A stretch of 63,602 bases of DNA, filler included, from 8 parts of 8 records of this genome joined end to end with filler, not necessarily neighbours in it, one strand, 5' to 3'; shown: positions 53,172 through 62,639, counted from the whole stretch's first letter. Translations and numbers: made by a program. Notes: generated from the letters alone by a model not told the origin.

Positions 53172-54293
53172 ATGCAGATGTTACTTATAAACGATACAAC
53201 TTTAAGAGATGGAGAACAAGCTCCATATGTAGCATTTAACACTCAAGAAAAACTTGATATCGCACAAAAACTGTATGAAGTTGGTGCTGATGAACTAGAA
53301 GTTGGAATACCAGCTATGGGTCAAAAAGAGCAAGATGATTTAAAAGAGATTCTTGGTTTAAATTTGCCTATTAGAATTATGAGTTGGAACAGAGCAACTT
53401 TAAAAGATTTAGAAGCGTCATTAAATTGTGGCCTAAAAGCTGTAGACCTTTCAATCCCTGTATCAGATATTTTAATAGATGTTAAATTCAAAGGTGACAA
53501 ACATAGACTTTTAAAGCAGTTAGAAGAGGTTGTAACAGAAGCTAAAAAAGAGAATCTTTTTGTTTGTATCGGTGGAGAAGATTCAAGTAGAGCAGACTTA
53601 GGGTTTTTAAAAGAGTTAATGTCTTTAGGAAAATCAATAGGTGCAGATAGATTTCGATATTGTGATACTGTAGGGATTTTAACTCCTAATAAAACTTATG
53701 AAAATATTAGTGAATTAAGCTCTTTAAACCTTTTAGATATAGAGATGCACACACACAACGACTTTGGAATGGCAACTGCAAATGCAATTGCAGGTTTTGA
53801 AGCTGGAGCGTATAGTTGTAATACAACAGTTATTGGACTTGGGGAGAGAGCAGGAAATGCATCATTTGAACAAGTTTTAATGACACTTGCTAGACTTATG
53901 GGAAAAGATGTAAGAATCGATTCTCAAAAATTGAAGTCATTAATTGCAACTGTAAGTGCCGCATCAAATAGAAGAATAGATACAAATTTACCTATTATTG
54001 GTGAATATATCTTTTCACACGAATCAGGAATCCATGTAAACGGGATGATGAAGTCAAAATCTTCATATGAACCATTTACACCTAAAGAGGTTGGACTAAC
54101 AAGATGCTTTCCTATTGGTAAACACTCAGGAACTTCAACACTACTTTATCACTTAAGGTCTGTTGGAATTGAACCCAAAAAAGAGATTTTAGAAGAAATC
54201 TTACCCTTGGTTAGAGAGATAGTTACAAATAGAAAAAGAGTATTAGAAACTGAAGAGTTAAAAGAGTTATATTTATGTTCGTCGGATATTTAA
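53172..54293 (+). CDS. nifV: Homocitrate synthase
   Basis: DTTLRDGEQ, EDSSRAD, HTHNDFG, GERAGNA, HESGIH; nif context. Confidence 0.93.
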   Translation: MQMLLINDTTLRDGEQAPYVAFNTQEKLDIAQKLYEVGADELEVGIPAMGQKEQDDLKEILGLNLPIRIMSWNRATLKDLEASLNCGLKAVDLSIPVSDILIDVKFKGDKHRLLKQLEEVVTEAKKENLFVCIGGEDSSRADLGFLKELMSLGKSIGADRFRYCDTVGILTPNKTYENISELSSLNLLDIEMHTHNDFGMATANAIAGFEAGAYSCNTTVIGLGERAGNASFEQVLMTLARLMGKDVRIDSQKLKSLIATVSAASNRRIDTNLPIIGEYIFSHESGIHVNGMMKSKSSYEPFTPKEVGLTRCFPIGKHSGTSTLLYHLRSVGIEPKKEILEEILPLVREIVTNRKRVLETEELKELYLCSSDI

Positions 54294-55081
54294 GAAATGA
54301 TTTTGAAGAGGATATTCAAGATATCCTTGAGAGTGACAGGCTTTTTGAATTAGAGTTACTAAAACAAACTTATGAAGCTTTCCCCCAATATTGCTTTGCT
54401 GCATATGAAGAGGGAAAAATTGTAGGAGTGGTTAGTGCTTATGAGTTTCAAAAACATATATTTATAAATGTAGTAAATGTTATGAAAGTATATGAAGATG
54501 TTTTAACAAGACTTTTAAAGCTTCTTATTCAAAACAGCAGTAGTATGAACATATACATATTAGTAGATAGGAAATTAAAAAGTTTTGTTGAGGCTTTTAA
54601 ATTCCAAGAGCATTCATCTTTCAATAGATATGAACATAGTGGAGATGCTGTGCCTTTTAACTTTTCAAATTCTATCGCAAAACAAGTAAGTGGTGAAGAT
54701 TATGAAAATGTGTCAAAAAGAATCGATAAAGAGGTGTTCTTAGATAACAGAGAAGACTATATAACTAAAGATTGTGTTTTTTCTAACTCTTTGAAGCTTT
54801 CTACTCAAACTGGATTTTTACACTCTTATGTGGTTAACAAAAGACATATTAGACTTTCACCTTGGTTAATGCAAAGTGAATCTTATTTAGATGCAGAGAA
54901 ACTTTTAAGAGGAGTTCTTTATTATAGAGGTTTAAAAAAGTTATTTGCTTATGCTCCTAGTGAAGTAAAAGAGATAACTGAGTTATATGAAAGTTACAAA
55001 TTCAAAAAAAATGGAAGTTTCTTACTTATGTATTTAGGTGAAGAACCCCATTTAAAACTTGAAAACTTGTATGCAATCTAA
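54275..55081 (+). CDS. Hypothetical protein, tandem GNAT-like fold suspected
   Basis: CFAAYEEGKIVGVV and ELYESYKF resemble GNAT strands; overlaps nifV stop. Confidence 0.55.
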   Translation: MFVGYLRNDFEEDIQDILESDRLFELELLKQTYEAFPQYCFAAYEEGKIVGVVSAYEFQKHIFINVVNVMKVYEDVLTRLLKLLIQNSSSMNIYILVDRKLKSFVEAFKFQEHSSFNRYEHSGDAVPFNFSNSIAKQVSGEDYENVSKRIDKEVFLDNREDYITKDCVFSNSLKLSTQTGFLHSYVVNKRHIRLSPWLMQSESYLDAEKLLRGVLYYRGLKKLFAYAPSEVKEITELYESYKFKKNGSFLLMYLGEEPHLKLENLYAI

Positions 55082-55096
55082 ATAAAAGGAGAAAAT

Positions 55097-55306
55097 ATGG
55101 CAGGATTAACAGAAGAACAAAAAGAAAAGAAAAAAGAGTTAGCAAAATATAAAAGAAAGGTTGTTGAACTTGCAGGTGTTGTTCACGATATTGTTGAAGA
55201 TACAATTTGGACAGATTATGACAAACTACCTGAACTAAGTGAAAAAATTGCAGTTGCTATGAAAGATGTAAATACCTTCAAAGAGCAACATCCTTATTTG
55301 AAATAA
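55097..55306 (+). CDS. CCE_0567/Rop-like nif-associated small protein
   Basis: Helical hairpin with VHDIVED motif; AAGGAG RBS. Confidence 0.7.
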   Translation: MAGLTEEQKEKKKELAKYKRKVVELAGVVHDIVEDTIWTDYDKLPELSEKIAVAMKDVNTFKEQHPYLK

Positions 55307-55320
55307 TACAGAAGTCATAA

Positions 55321-55563
55321 ATGGAAGATTTAAAAAACAAAAGAATCTGTGAATGTGGTGAAAAAACTATTGAAGAAGCCATAGAGATTTTTAAAGAAAC
55401 AGATCTTCCTTATAAAAAGGCTAAGAAACTTGTAACAGGTTGTAGTAAAACTTGTTGCAGAAAACCTTTGATGGCTCTATACAATATGGTAGATTTTGGA
55501 TATGTTGATTATGAAGAGATATCTTTTTTGATTGATGCGATGAATGATAGATTAAAGGGCTAA
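55321..55563 (+). CDS. BFD-like (2Fe-2S)-binding protein
   Basis: ICECG...GCSKTCC. Confidence 0.65.
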   Translation: MEDLKNKRICECGEKTIEEAIEIFKETDLPYKKAKKLVTGCSKTCCRKPLMALYNMVDFGYVDYEEISFLIDAMNDRLKG

Positions 55564-55565
55564 TT

Positions 55566-56561
55566 ATGAGTAGTGATTTAGATAATTTTGTTAGATGGGT
55601 TAGAACAAATCATTTAGAATCTGTAGTATCAACTAGTATTGGTGATATAGAGATGATGACTCATTTAGACCTTTCTAAAAACAAAGTTAGAGAATTACCT
55701 GATTCTATACATGTATTAAAGAATCTATCTGTACTTAAACTTTCTAATAATAGAATTAAAAAGTTACCGGAGTCTATTGGTTCGTTAAAAAACTTAAAAA
55801 ATTTACAATGTGAAAACAATCTTTTAGAAGAGATTCCTTCAAGTATAGGAAATCTTTCTAAGTTAATGATATTAAATCTAAATGGAAACCGTTTAGAATT
55901 TTTACCTGAAGAGATATATAATCTTAAATCTCTTACTAGGTTAACCCTTGCGGCAAATAAAATTAAATCTTTGTCTGAGGGCTTAGGAAAGCTTACAAGG
56001 CTTTTATATTTATCTTTAGATACAAATGAGTTAGAAGAGTTACCAGATGCATTTTCACAAATGCAATCATTGTACTATTTAGACCTTTCTTTCAACCGTC
56101 TAAACTATCTTCCAAACTCTATATCTAAAATAGAGGAGTTGGAGACTCTTTTGTTGGAAGGTAATCAGTTGATGAATCTTCCTTCTTTGGAATCTCATGA
56201 TATGTTGATAAAACTTGATTTAAGTGATAATTCACTTAAGTCTTTGGATTTTAATATAAGTAGTTTAGAGGATTTGAGAATACTTATTTTGGATAATAAC
56301 TTCTTAAGAGTCTTACCTGATGAGGTGTGCACTCTTAAGAAGTTAACTAATCTTAGTGTTAGCTCTAACTCTTTAGTAAATTTACCTGTAAACATTGGTG
56401 CTCTACAAAACCTTGAAGAGCTAGATATTGAAGATAATGATATTGAAGAACTACCACACTCTATATCATCACTAAAAAATCTAAAAAATCTTTATATAGA
56501 CAACAATAAAGATTTGAAAAAACCAGTAGATTTGGAATTAGAATTTTGTGATGTAGACTAA
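55566..56561 (+). CDS. Leucine-rich repeat protein
   Basis: About 12 tandem 22-23-aa LxxLxLxxNxLxxLP repeats. Confidence 0.93.
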   Translation: MSSDLDNFVRWVRTNHLESVVSTSIGDIEMMTHLDLSKNKVRELPDSIHVLKNLSVLKLSNNRIKKLPESIGSLKNLKNLQCENNLLEEIPSSIGNLSKLMILNLNGNRLEFLPEEIYNLKSLTRLTLAANKIKSLSEGLGKLTRLLYLSLDTNELEELPDAFSQMQSLYYLDLSFNRLNYLPNSISKIEELETLLLEGNQLMNLPSLESHDMLIKLDLSDNSLKSLDFNISSLEDLRILILDNNFLRVLPDEVCTLKKLTNLSVSSNSLVNLPVNIGALQNLEELDIEDNDIEELPHSISSLKNLKNLYIDNNKDLKKPVDLELEFCDVD

Positions 56562-56574
56562 GAAAGGAGAAATT

Positions 56575-56895
56575 ATGAGTGATTTTGAAATTATGGAAAT
56601 AGAAGTACTACAACTTCTTCAAACAAATGCAAATGATGATTATGCAAAGGATACATTAGCACCTTGGATTGCTAAAACATCTCTTAGAATGGGACATCTT
56701 TATTCTGATTTAGGTTTAATTAGTAGAAAAGAGATGGGAAGATTGATGAAAAACAACTTTTCTAAACTTGCAAAAACAAAACCTAGTGATGTTAGATGGA
56801 AAAAGTATATATATGATTGTATTGGAAAAACTGCACCAGCATGTTCTACATGTAAAGATATAACTAATTGTTTTCAGTGTACGCTGGCATCATAA
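56575..56895 (+). CDS. nifQ: Nitrogen fixation protein NifQ (short form)
   Basis: HLYSDLGL.SR.E...LM, RWKKY, APACSTC.....CF. Confidence 0.88.
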   Translation: MSDFEIMEIEVLQLLQTNANDDYAKDTLAPWIAKTSLRMGHLYSDLGLISRKEMGRLMKNNFSKLAKTKPSDVRWKKYIYDCIGKTAPACSTCKDITNCFQCTLAS

Positions 56896-56901
56896 AAGAG
56901 T

Positions 56902-57801
56902 TTAATCAAACTCTTTATATATATCTTTATTTTTTGAGAAGACTTTATATATAACGCTTTTGTAAGTAAACTCTAAATAGTTTGCTTGTAACCATAATCG
57001 ATAAGAGCCTGTAGCTTTTATTCTATTTTCTTCAAGAAGTGTTTTATTTAAATAGTCTTCAGCAACTTCATCTTCCACTCCATATATTGGATCTCCCAAT
57101 ATTGTATGCCCTATAGAGTGAAGGTGTATTCTTATTTGGTGTTGTCTACCTGTTATAGGTGTAACTTCTAAAAGTGTAATATCTCTTTGTTTGTTGTATT
57201 TTAGAGGTTTTATATGTGTTATTGAACTTTTGCCCTCATCACTTTGGCAAGTTGCCATTCTAACACCAATATTCTTCCCCTCTTTTTTAAGGTTTTTATC
57301 AATAGTTTGTGAATTTTTAACTTCACCTTTTACAATTGCAAGATAAGATTTTTTGTACTCTTTTTTTTCAAACATAGAAGCTAATGCATTTGTAATTTTT
57401 TCATATTTCCCTACTAAAACTAATCCTGAAGTCTCAGCATCTATTCTATGAGCTTGGTTTGCTTTGTCACCAAAATGAAACCTTATTTCATCTAAAAGTG
57501 AATATTTTGTATTTTTTGAAATTGGATGAATCATCAAATTTGAAGGCTTGTCAAATATGGCAAAATCCTCGAAAACAAGGAGTGGTTTGAGTCCTTTTGT
57601 ATGCCCTTCAAACACTGCTAATACTATTGTGTCTTCTTCAATTATATCAGATAATTTATAAGGCTTGTGATTTGTGTCAAAAACTCTGCTTTTAGCTAGT
57701 AAACGACTGGCATTACGGGGCTTTAACTGTAAATCTTGCATAAGTGAAATCTGTATTTTTTTCCCTTTTATAACGGGAAAGCTTTTTAAAATGAATGGCA
57801 A
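56902..57801 (-). CDS. RluA-family pseudouridine synthase
   Basis: DKPSNL..HP, HRIDAETSG, TGRQHQIRIH, GDPIYG. Confidence 0.93.
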   Translation of the reverse strand: MPFILKSFPVIKGKKIQISLMQDLQLKPRNASRLLAKSRVFDTNHKPYKLSDIIEEDTIVLAVFEGHTKGLKPLLVFEDFAIFDKPSNLMIHPISKNTKYSLLDEIRFHFGDKANQAHRIDAETSGLVLVGKYEKITNALASMFEKKEYKKSYLAIVKGEVKNSQTIDKNLKKEGKNIGVRMATCQSDEGKSSITHIKPLKYNKQRDITLLEVTPITGRQHQIRIHLHSIGHTILGDPIYGVEDEVAEDYLNKTLLEENRIKATGSYRLWLQANYLEFTYKSVIYKVFSKNKDIYKEFD

Positions 57802-57938
57802 AATAATTCCTAAAATTTAAGTAAAAAGTAAACAAAGATTAAACAAAATCTTTGGCTAAATTAGATACGATATCATACTTAAAATATAGAAAAAATTTCA
57901 TAAAAATTACTCAAATATTGATTACAAGGGATTACTAG

Positions 57939-58457
57939 ATGGTTGAAAGATATGCCAGAGAAGAGATGAGTTCAAAGTGGACACAAGAAGCAAGATATGC
58001 AGCATGGCTTGAAGTAGAAAAAGCAGCTGTAAAAGCTTGGAATAAAATTGGGCTTATCCCTGATGAAGATTGTAAAAAGATAGTAGAAAATGCTACTTTT
58101 TCAGTAGAAAGAATAGAAGAGATTGAAGCAGTTACAAAACACGACTTAATTGCATTTAATACAAGTGTTTCAGAATCACTTGGTGAAGAATCAAGATGGT
58201 TCCACTATGGAATGACTTCTTCAGATGCAGTTGATACAGGAGTTGCTCTTCAAATGAGAGACTCTTTAAAAATCGTAATTGATGATGTTAAAATGTTAAT
58301 GGAATCAATCAAAAAAAGAGCAGAAGAACACAAATTTACTTTAATGGTAGGAAGAAGTCACGGTATTCACGGTGAGCCTATTACATTTGGACTTACTCTA
58401 GCTGTATGGTATGATGAAGTGGCGCGTCATCTTAAAAACCTTGAAGAGACTATGGAA
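57939..58457 (+). CDS. purB: Adenylosuccinate lyase, 3'-truncated
   Basis: MVERYAR, TKHDLIAF, HYGMTSSD, GRSHGIHGEP. Confidence 0.95.
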
Positions 58458-58557
58458 NNNNNNNNNNNNNNNNNNNNNNNNNNNNNNNNNNNNNNNNNNN
58501 NTTAATTAATTAANNNNNNNNNNNNNNNNNNNNNNNNNNNNNNNNNNNNNNNNNNNN
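58458..58557. other. Artificial contig spacer
   Basis: N-run with TTAATTAATTAA. Confidence 0.99.
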
Positions 58558-58559
58558 AA

Positions 58560-59666
58560 GTTGCAGTTACTTATGAAGGATTTGCAAAAGATTTAAATGC
58601 AGGAAATACAATCTTATTAGATGATGGTCTAATTGAACTTGAAGTTAAAGAGACTACAGAGACTGAAGTAAAGTGTACTGTAATTAACTCAGGAGAACTA
58701 GGAGAGAAAAAAGGTGTTAACTTACCAGGTGTATCAGTTAAGTTACCTGCTCTAGCTGAAAAAGATATCAACGATCTTAAATTCGGATGCGAACAAGGTG
58801 TAGACTTTGTTGCTGCTTCATTCATCAGAAAAGCTTCTGATGTAAAAGAAGTAAGAGACGTACTTGATACTAATGGTGGAAAAAACATCCACATTATCTC
58901 TAAAATTGAAAACCAAGAAGGAATCGATAATTTCGATGAAATCTTAGAACTTTCAGACGGGATCATGGTAGCAAGAGGAGATCTTGGTGTAGAAATACCA
59001 GTTCAAAATGTTCCATTTGCTCAAAAAATGATGATCGAAAAATGTAACGATGAAGGTAAAGTTGTAATCACAGCAACTCAAATGCTTGATTCAATGATCA
59101 GAAACCCAAGACCAACTAGAGCAGAAGCAGGAGATGTTGCTAATGCGATCTTAGATGGTACAGATGCTGTAATGCTTTCTGGAGAAACTGCAAAAGGAAA
59201 ATATCCTGTAGTATCTGTAAGAACTATGGCTGAAATCTGTGAAAAAACAGATGCTGAAATGGCTGGATATGGTATGTTACCTCATGAAGACTTAATGGAT
59301 CTAACTAGAACTGAAGCAATTGCTGAAGGAGCTGTTAGAACTGCTGAAATTTTAGGAGCAAAAGCACTTATCGCTTTAACTGCATCTGGAGAAACAGCTA
59401 GAAATATGAGAAAATTATTCCCATCACCATTTATCATTGCACCAACAGTTGATGAAACTGTAGCAAATCAATTAATGCTTGTTAGAGGAGTTTATCCTTT
59501 AGTTACAGAAGAAGTAAAATCTTTTGAAGACTTTAATGACAGAGCACTTAAGATTGCTGTTAATACAGATTATATCGCTGATGGAGATACAGTAGTAATT
59601 ACATCAGGAAATCATACAGAAGCTCATACAACTGACTCTATGAGAGTTTTAACTGTTAAGAAATAA
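58560..59666 (+). CDS. pykF: Pyruvate kinase, 5'-truncated
   Basis: Frame open from 58560 (VAVTYEGF..LLDDGLI..KIEN..DGIMVARGDLGVE), ATQMLDSM, DAVMLSGETA. Confidence 0.95.
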   Translation, partial: VAVTYEGFAKDLNAGNTILLDDGLIELEVKETTETEVKCTVINSGELGEKKGVNLPGVSVKLPALAEKDINDLKFGCEQGVDFVAASFIRKASDVKEVRDVLDTNGGKNIHIISKIENQEGIDNFDEILELSDGIMVARGDLGVEIPVQNVPFAQKMMIEKCNDEGKVVITATQMLDSMIRNPRPTRAEAGDVANAILDGTDAVMLSGETAKGKYPVVSVRTMAEICEKTDAEMAGYGMLPHEDLMDLTRTEAIAEGAVRTAEILGAKALIALTASGETARNMRKLFPSPFIIAPTVDETVANQLMLVRGVYPLVTEEVKSFEDFNDRALKIAVNTDYIADGDTVVITSGNHTEAHTTDSMRVLTVKK

Positions 59667-59711
59667 TTTAGCAGTAAAAAAGAAAATTATTGAGAATTAA
59701 AAATATATAGA

Positions 59712-59818
59712 GGCTGACCTAAAAGTATCAATTAATAATAAGTTGAGTTTGCTGGTTCTTTGATTTTTAAGAACTAGCTTGAAACTTATTCAATTGAAAA
59801 TGGACTTTTCGGTCAGCC
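59712..59818. repeat. 107-nt imperfect long inverted repeat followed by a T-run
   Basis: GGCTGACC.AAAAGT / ACTTTT.GGTCAGCC ends; inner TCAATT/AATTGA, AATAAGTT/AACTTATT, GCTGGTTCTT/AAGAACTAGC. Confidence 0.75.
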
Positions 59819-59845
59819 CCTTTTTTGTAACTTAATTTTTTCTAG

Positions 59846-59916
59846 TTACACGGTGTAAAATTATAAAAAAACAAAAAATAAAAAAGTGGAAGTTACACCG
59901 TGTAACTTCCACTTTT
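59846..59916. promoter_or_regulatory. Two TTACAC-N-GTGTAA palindromes, candidate parS-like sites; the second lies within a 35-bp perfect inverted repeat that may also terminate
   Basis: 59846-59858 TTACACGGTGTAA; 59882-59916 AAAAGTGGAAGTTACAC-C-GTGTAACTTCCACTTTT right after the parB stop. Confidence 0.55.
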
Positions 59917-59918
59917 AT

Positions 59919-60791
59919 TTATAAACCTGCAATAAATTCTTTAATTGCTTTTAACTGATCTTCATTTAGATTTTTATTTATTTTAACAGTTGTAGTTTTT
60001 TTGTTTGATTTAATTTCAAACATAGGTTTAATCTCATTTGCTTTTAATGCTTTTAATTCCTCTTCTAAATCTGAGGCAGGAAGATCTTGATAATCCTCTA
60101 AAATTTGAGAAACAGTTTTTTTGGTTCTTAAAATTTTTATTAATCTATTTAAAATCTCAGCTTTTTTAATTCCAACTTCATTTAGAACTTCAATTAACTC
60201 TTTATCATAGTTAACAGTAGCTTTTAGCCTCTTAGCATAGCCTGCACTGATACAATAATCATCAGCAATATCATCAAAACTTTTATTAAGTACAGTTGAA
60301 TCTTTATAAATTTTAAATGCTAATTCAGAGAGCTTAAGTTCTTCTCGGTGAAGATTTTCATGAATAGAAATTTTTTCTAAATCCTCTTTTTCAATTGCTT
60401 CAGGAAGAATTACTGCTTGTCCTTCAAATTCATAATTATCATAGTTATCAAAACCGTTTTTTATAGCTGCGGATCTTCTAAATCCACTTAAAATTCTGTA
60501 CTTCCCATCTTCTCTCACTTGTAAATACACCGGGTTGATTAATCCAGTGAAGAAAATACTCTCAGTTAATTCTTCAAGTTTTGGATCTGCAAGAAGTTCC
60601 TCTAATTCAATAGACCTGTTAATAAACTTTCTATCACCGAAATCAATCAACTTTAAAACCTCTTCGGTGTAGTTAGTTAATTTTGAATTTGGGATAATAA
60701 GTTTAAGATTATCATTTCCACTGTTTTTTAATTTATCAAAATCAGGAAGAGAATCAAAAGGATTATGAGAAATAATATCGTCTTTGTTCAT
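59919..60791 (-). CDS. parB: Divergent ParB/RepB/Spo0J-family protein
   Basis: GLINPVYL..YRILSGFRR CTP motif, ENLHREEL, HTH. Confidence 0.85.
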   Translation of the reverse strand: MNKDDIISHNPFDSLPDFDKLKNSGNDNLKLIIPNSKLTNYTEEVLKLIDFGDRKFINRSIELEELLADPKLEELTESIFFTGLINPVYLQVREDGKYRILSGFRRSAAIKNGFDNYDNYEFEGQAVILPEAIEKEDLEKISIHENLHREELKLSELAFKIYKDSTVLNKSFDDIADDYCISAGYAKRLKATVNYDKELIEVLNEVGIKKAEILNRLIKILRTKKTVSQILEDYQDLPASDLEEELKALKANEIKPMFEIKSNKKTTTVKINKNLNEDQLKAIKEFIAGL

Positions 60792-61721
60792 CTAGATCTC
60801 CTCTCTTTCAATTATTTCTTTTACTAATTCTTTATAGTCTGTTGCACCATTTGATTTTGGTGCGTACTCAAATACAGTTAAACCTTTAGAAGGAGCTTCT
60901 GCTAATTTAACATTTTCTCTAATAATAGATTTAAGAACTGTATCTGCGAAGTATTCCTCAATTTTCTTCTTTACTTCTTTATCTAAATTTCTTCTACCAT
61001 CATACATTGTGCAGAATACACCACCAAGTTTTAGATCTTTATTTGTTAATCTATTTTTAGCCATGTCTATAGTTTGCATAAGTTGAGCTACACCCTCCAT
61101 AGCAAAATACTCTGTTTGGATAGGGACATATACTCTGTTAGCAAATGTAAGGGCATTAAGAGTTAATTTTGTAAGATTTGGACCACAGTCAATTAATACA
61201 TAATCATATTCACTTAAATCTTCACCTTCAACTCTACTTCTTAATAAAAATTCCTTACCGGGAACATCTAAGTACTCAAAACCTGCAAGAGATAGAGTTG
61301 CCGGAATAAGGTGCATTCCCTTAACTTCCTCAATACAATCTTCAAGTTTAGTATCACCCTTTAATAATTCGTAAACAGTAGGTTTTTTAGTATCATAGAC
61401 TCCAAGACCTTTTGTAAGATTTCCTTGTGAATCCATATCTATTAATAAGACTTTTTTACCAAGATTACTAAGTTCAGCTCCAATATTTACAACAGAAGTA
61501 GTTTTAGCAACTCCTCCCTTTTGATTGAAGAAAACAATTTTTTTAACTTGTTTTTTTTGTTTACGTAAATATTCTTCTAATGCATGATCAATAAGTTCAG
61601 ATTCGCTTTCAGAATTTTGTTCCTTCAATTTTTTTAGAAGGTTTTCCTTTTCAGTATCAATGCTGATATTTTTTCTGATTTTTTTCTTTTTGTCGAGCGT
61701 TTTTTTGCCTTTTTCTGCCAT
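60792..61721 (-). CDS. parA: ParA/Soj ATPase with N-terminal ribbon-helix-helix-like extension
   Basis: NQKGGVAKTT, DMDSQGN, IDCGP, RENVKLAEAPS; N-terminal RKNISIDTE...SESELIDHALEEYL. Confidence 0.92.
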   Translation of the reverse strand: MAEKGKKTLDKKKKIRKNISIDTEKENLLKKLKEQNSESESELIDHALEEYLRKQKKQVKKIVFFNQKGGVAKTTSVVNIGAELSNLGKKVLLIDMDSQGNLTKGLGVYDTKKPTVYELLKGDTKLEDCIEEVKGMHLIPATLSLAGFEYLDVPGKEFLLRSRVEGEDLSEYDYVLIDCGPNLTKLTLNALTFANRVYVPIQTEYFAMEGVAQLMQTIDMAKNRLTNKDLKLGGVFCTMYDGRRNLDKEVKKKIEEYFADTVLKSIIRENVKLAEAPSKGLTVFEYAPKSNGATDYKELVKEIIEREEI

Positions 61722-62089
61722 TATTTTTTAACCTCCAGGATAGATTAGTCTATCTAAGAGCTTTGCATGACGGTCAAATATCAATAAAAAATTAGTCAAG
61801 TAAAGCTCAAATGTAGTATTTTTTTATAAAAGTACCAACGATGTTAAATTATATCTAATTCAAAAATTTAGCAATAAATTTGCACATCTTAATTTGAGTT
61901 TACTATATCTGTACATTATTGTCAATGAAAAACCAAGCTGTAAAAAAGTTAAAAACAATGTTTTTACATAATAAATCTCATTCATAATTGAAATTTTTAC
62001 TAAATATGATATAATCAAAATATACCAGATAATTTTTATGTAGAATTATTTGGAAGATTTTTATTTTGAATTTTGGAGATGAAAATTGA

Positions 62090-62548
62090 ATGTGGTTTGA
62101 AGTAAGAGATGCAATAGAGGCTGATATTCCAGAAATTTATAAACATATTCATGAAAGATTTATGCAAAAATATACAGATATAAATAATGATGAAGCTTTT
62201 AATAAACATTATGATTGGTATAAAGAGGCTTTTCGATCTGATGAACATAAAGTCCATATAATATATAATCAAAATGATAAATTTATAGGACAGGTAAGAT
62301 ATGAGATAAACAAAACTAAAGCTCGTATTGGAATATATCTGATAGAGGAAGCAAGAGGAAAAGGAATAGCAAAAAAAGCTCTTGAAAAAAGTATAAGTAT
62401 GCTGACGAAAGAGAATAAAAAAATCAAAATAATAATAGCCAATATAATGGATGAAAATGATAAATCAATTAAGCTTTTTGAAGAGTGTGGATTTAAATAC
62501 TCGAAAACAAATATAGATATGTTAAAGTACATAAGAAAAATAAGCTAG
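62090..62548 (+). CDS. GNAT-family N-acetyltransferase
   Basis: FIGQVRY, EARGKGIA, NDKSIKLFEECGF. Confidence 0.88.
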   Translation: MWFEVRDAIEADIPEIYKHIHERFMQKYTDINNDEAFNKHYDWYKEAFRSDEHKVHIIYNQNDKFIGQVRYEINKTKARIGIYLIEEARGKGIAKKALEKSISMLTKENKKIKIIIANIMDENDKSIKLFEECGFKYSKTNIDMLKYIRKIS

Positions 62549-62570
62549 AAAAATCAAGTCCTATCTTTGC

Positions 62571-62599
62571 TTGTTTAATGAGTTTAATTATGATATAAT
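62571..62599 (+). promoter_or_regulatory. Sigma70 promoter of the tyrS leader
   Basis: TTGTTT-17 nt-TATAAT with extended -10 (TGaTATAAT). Confidence 0.75.
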
Positions 62600-62639
62600 T
62601 AATTCAGTAAGACAATTATTATTGATATTGGAGAATGAA

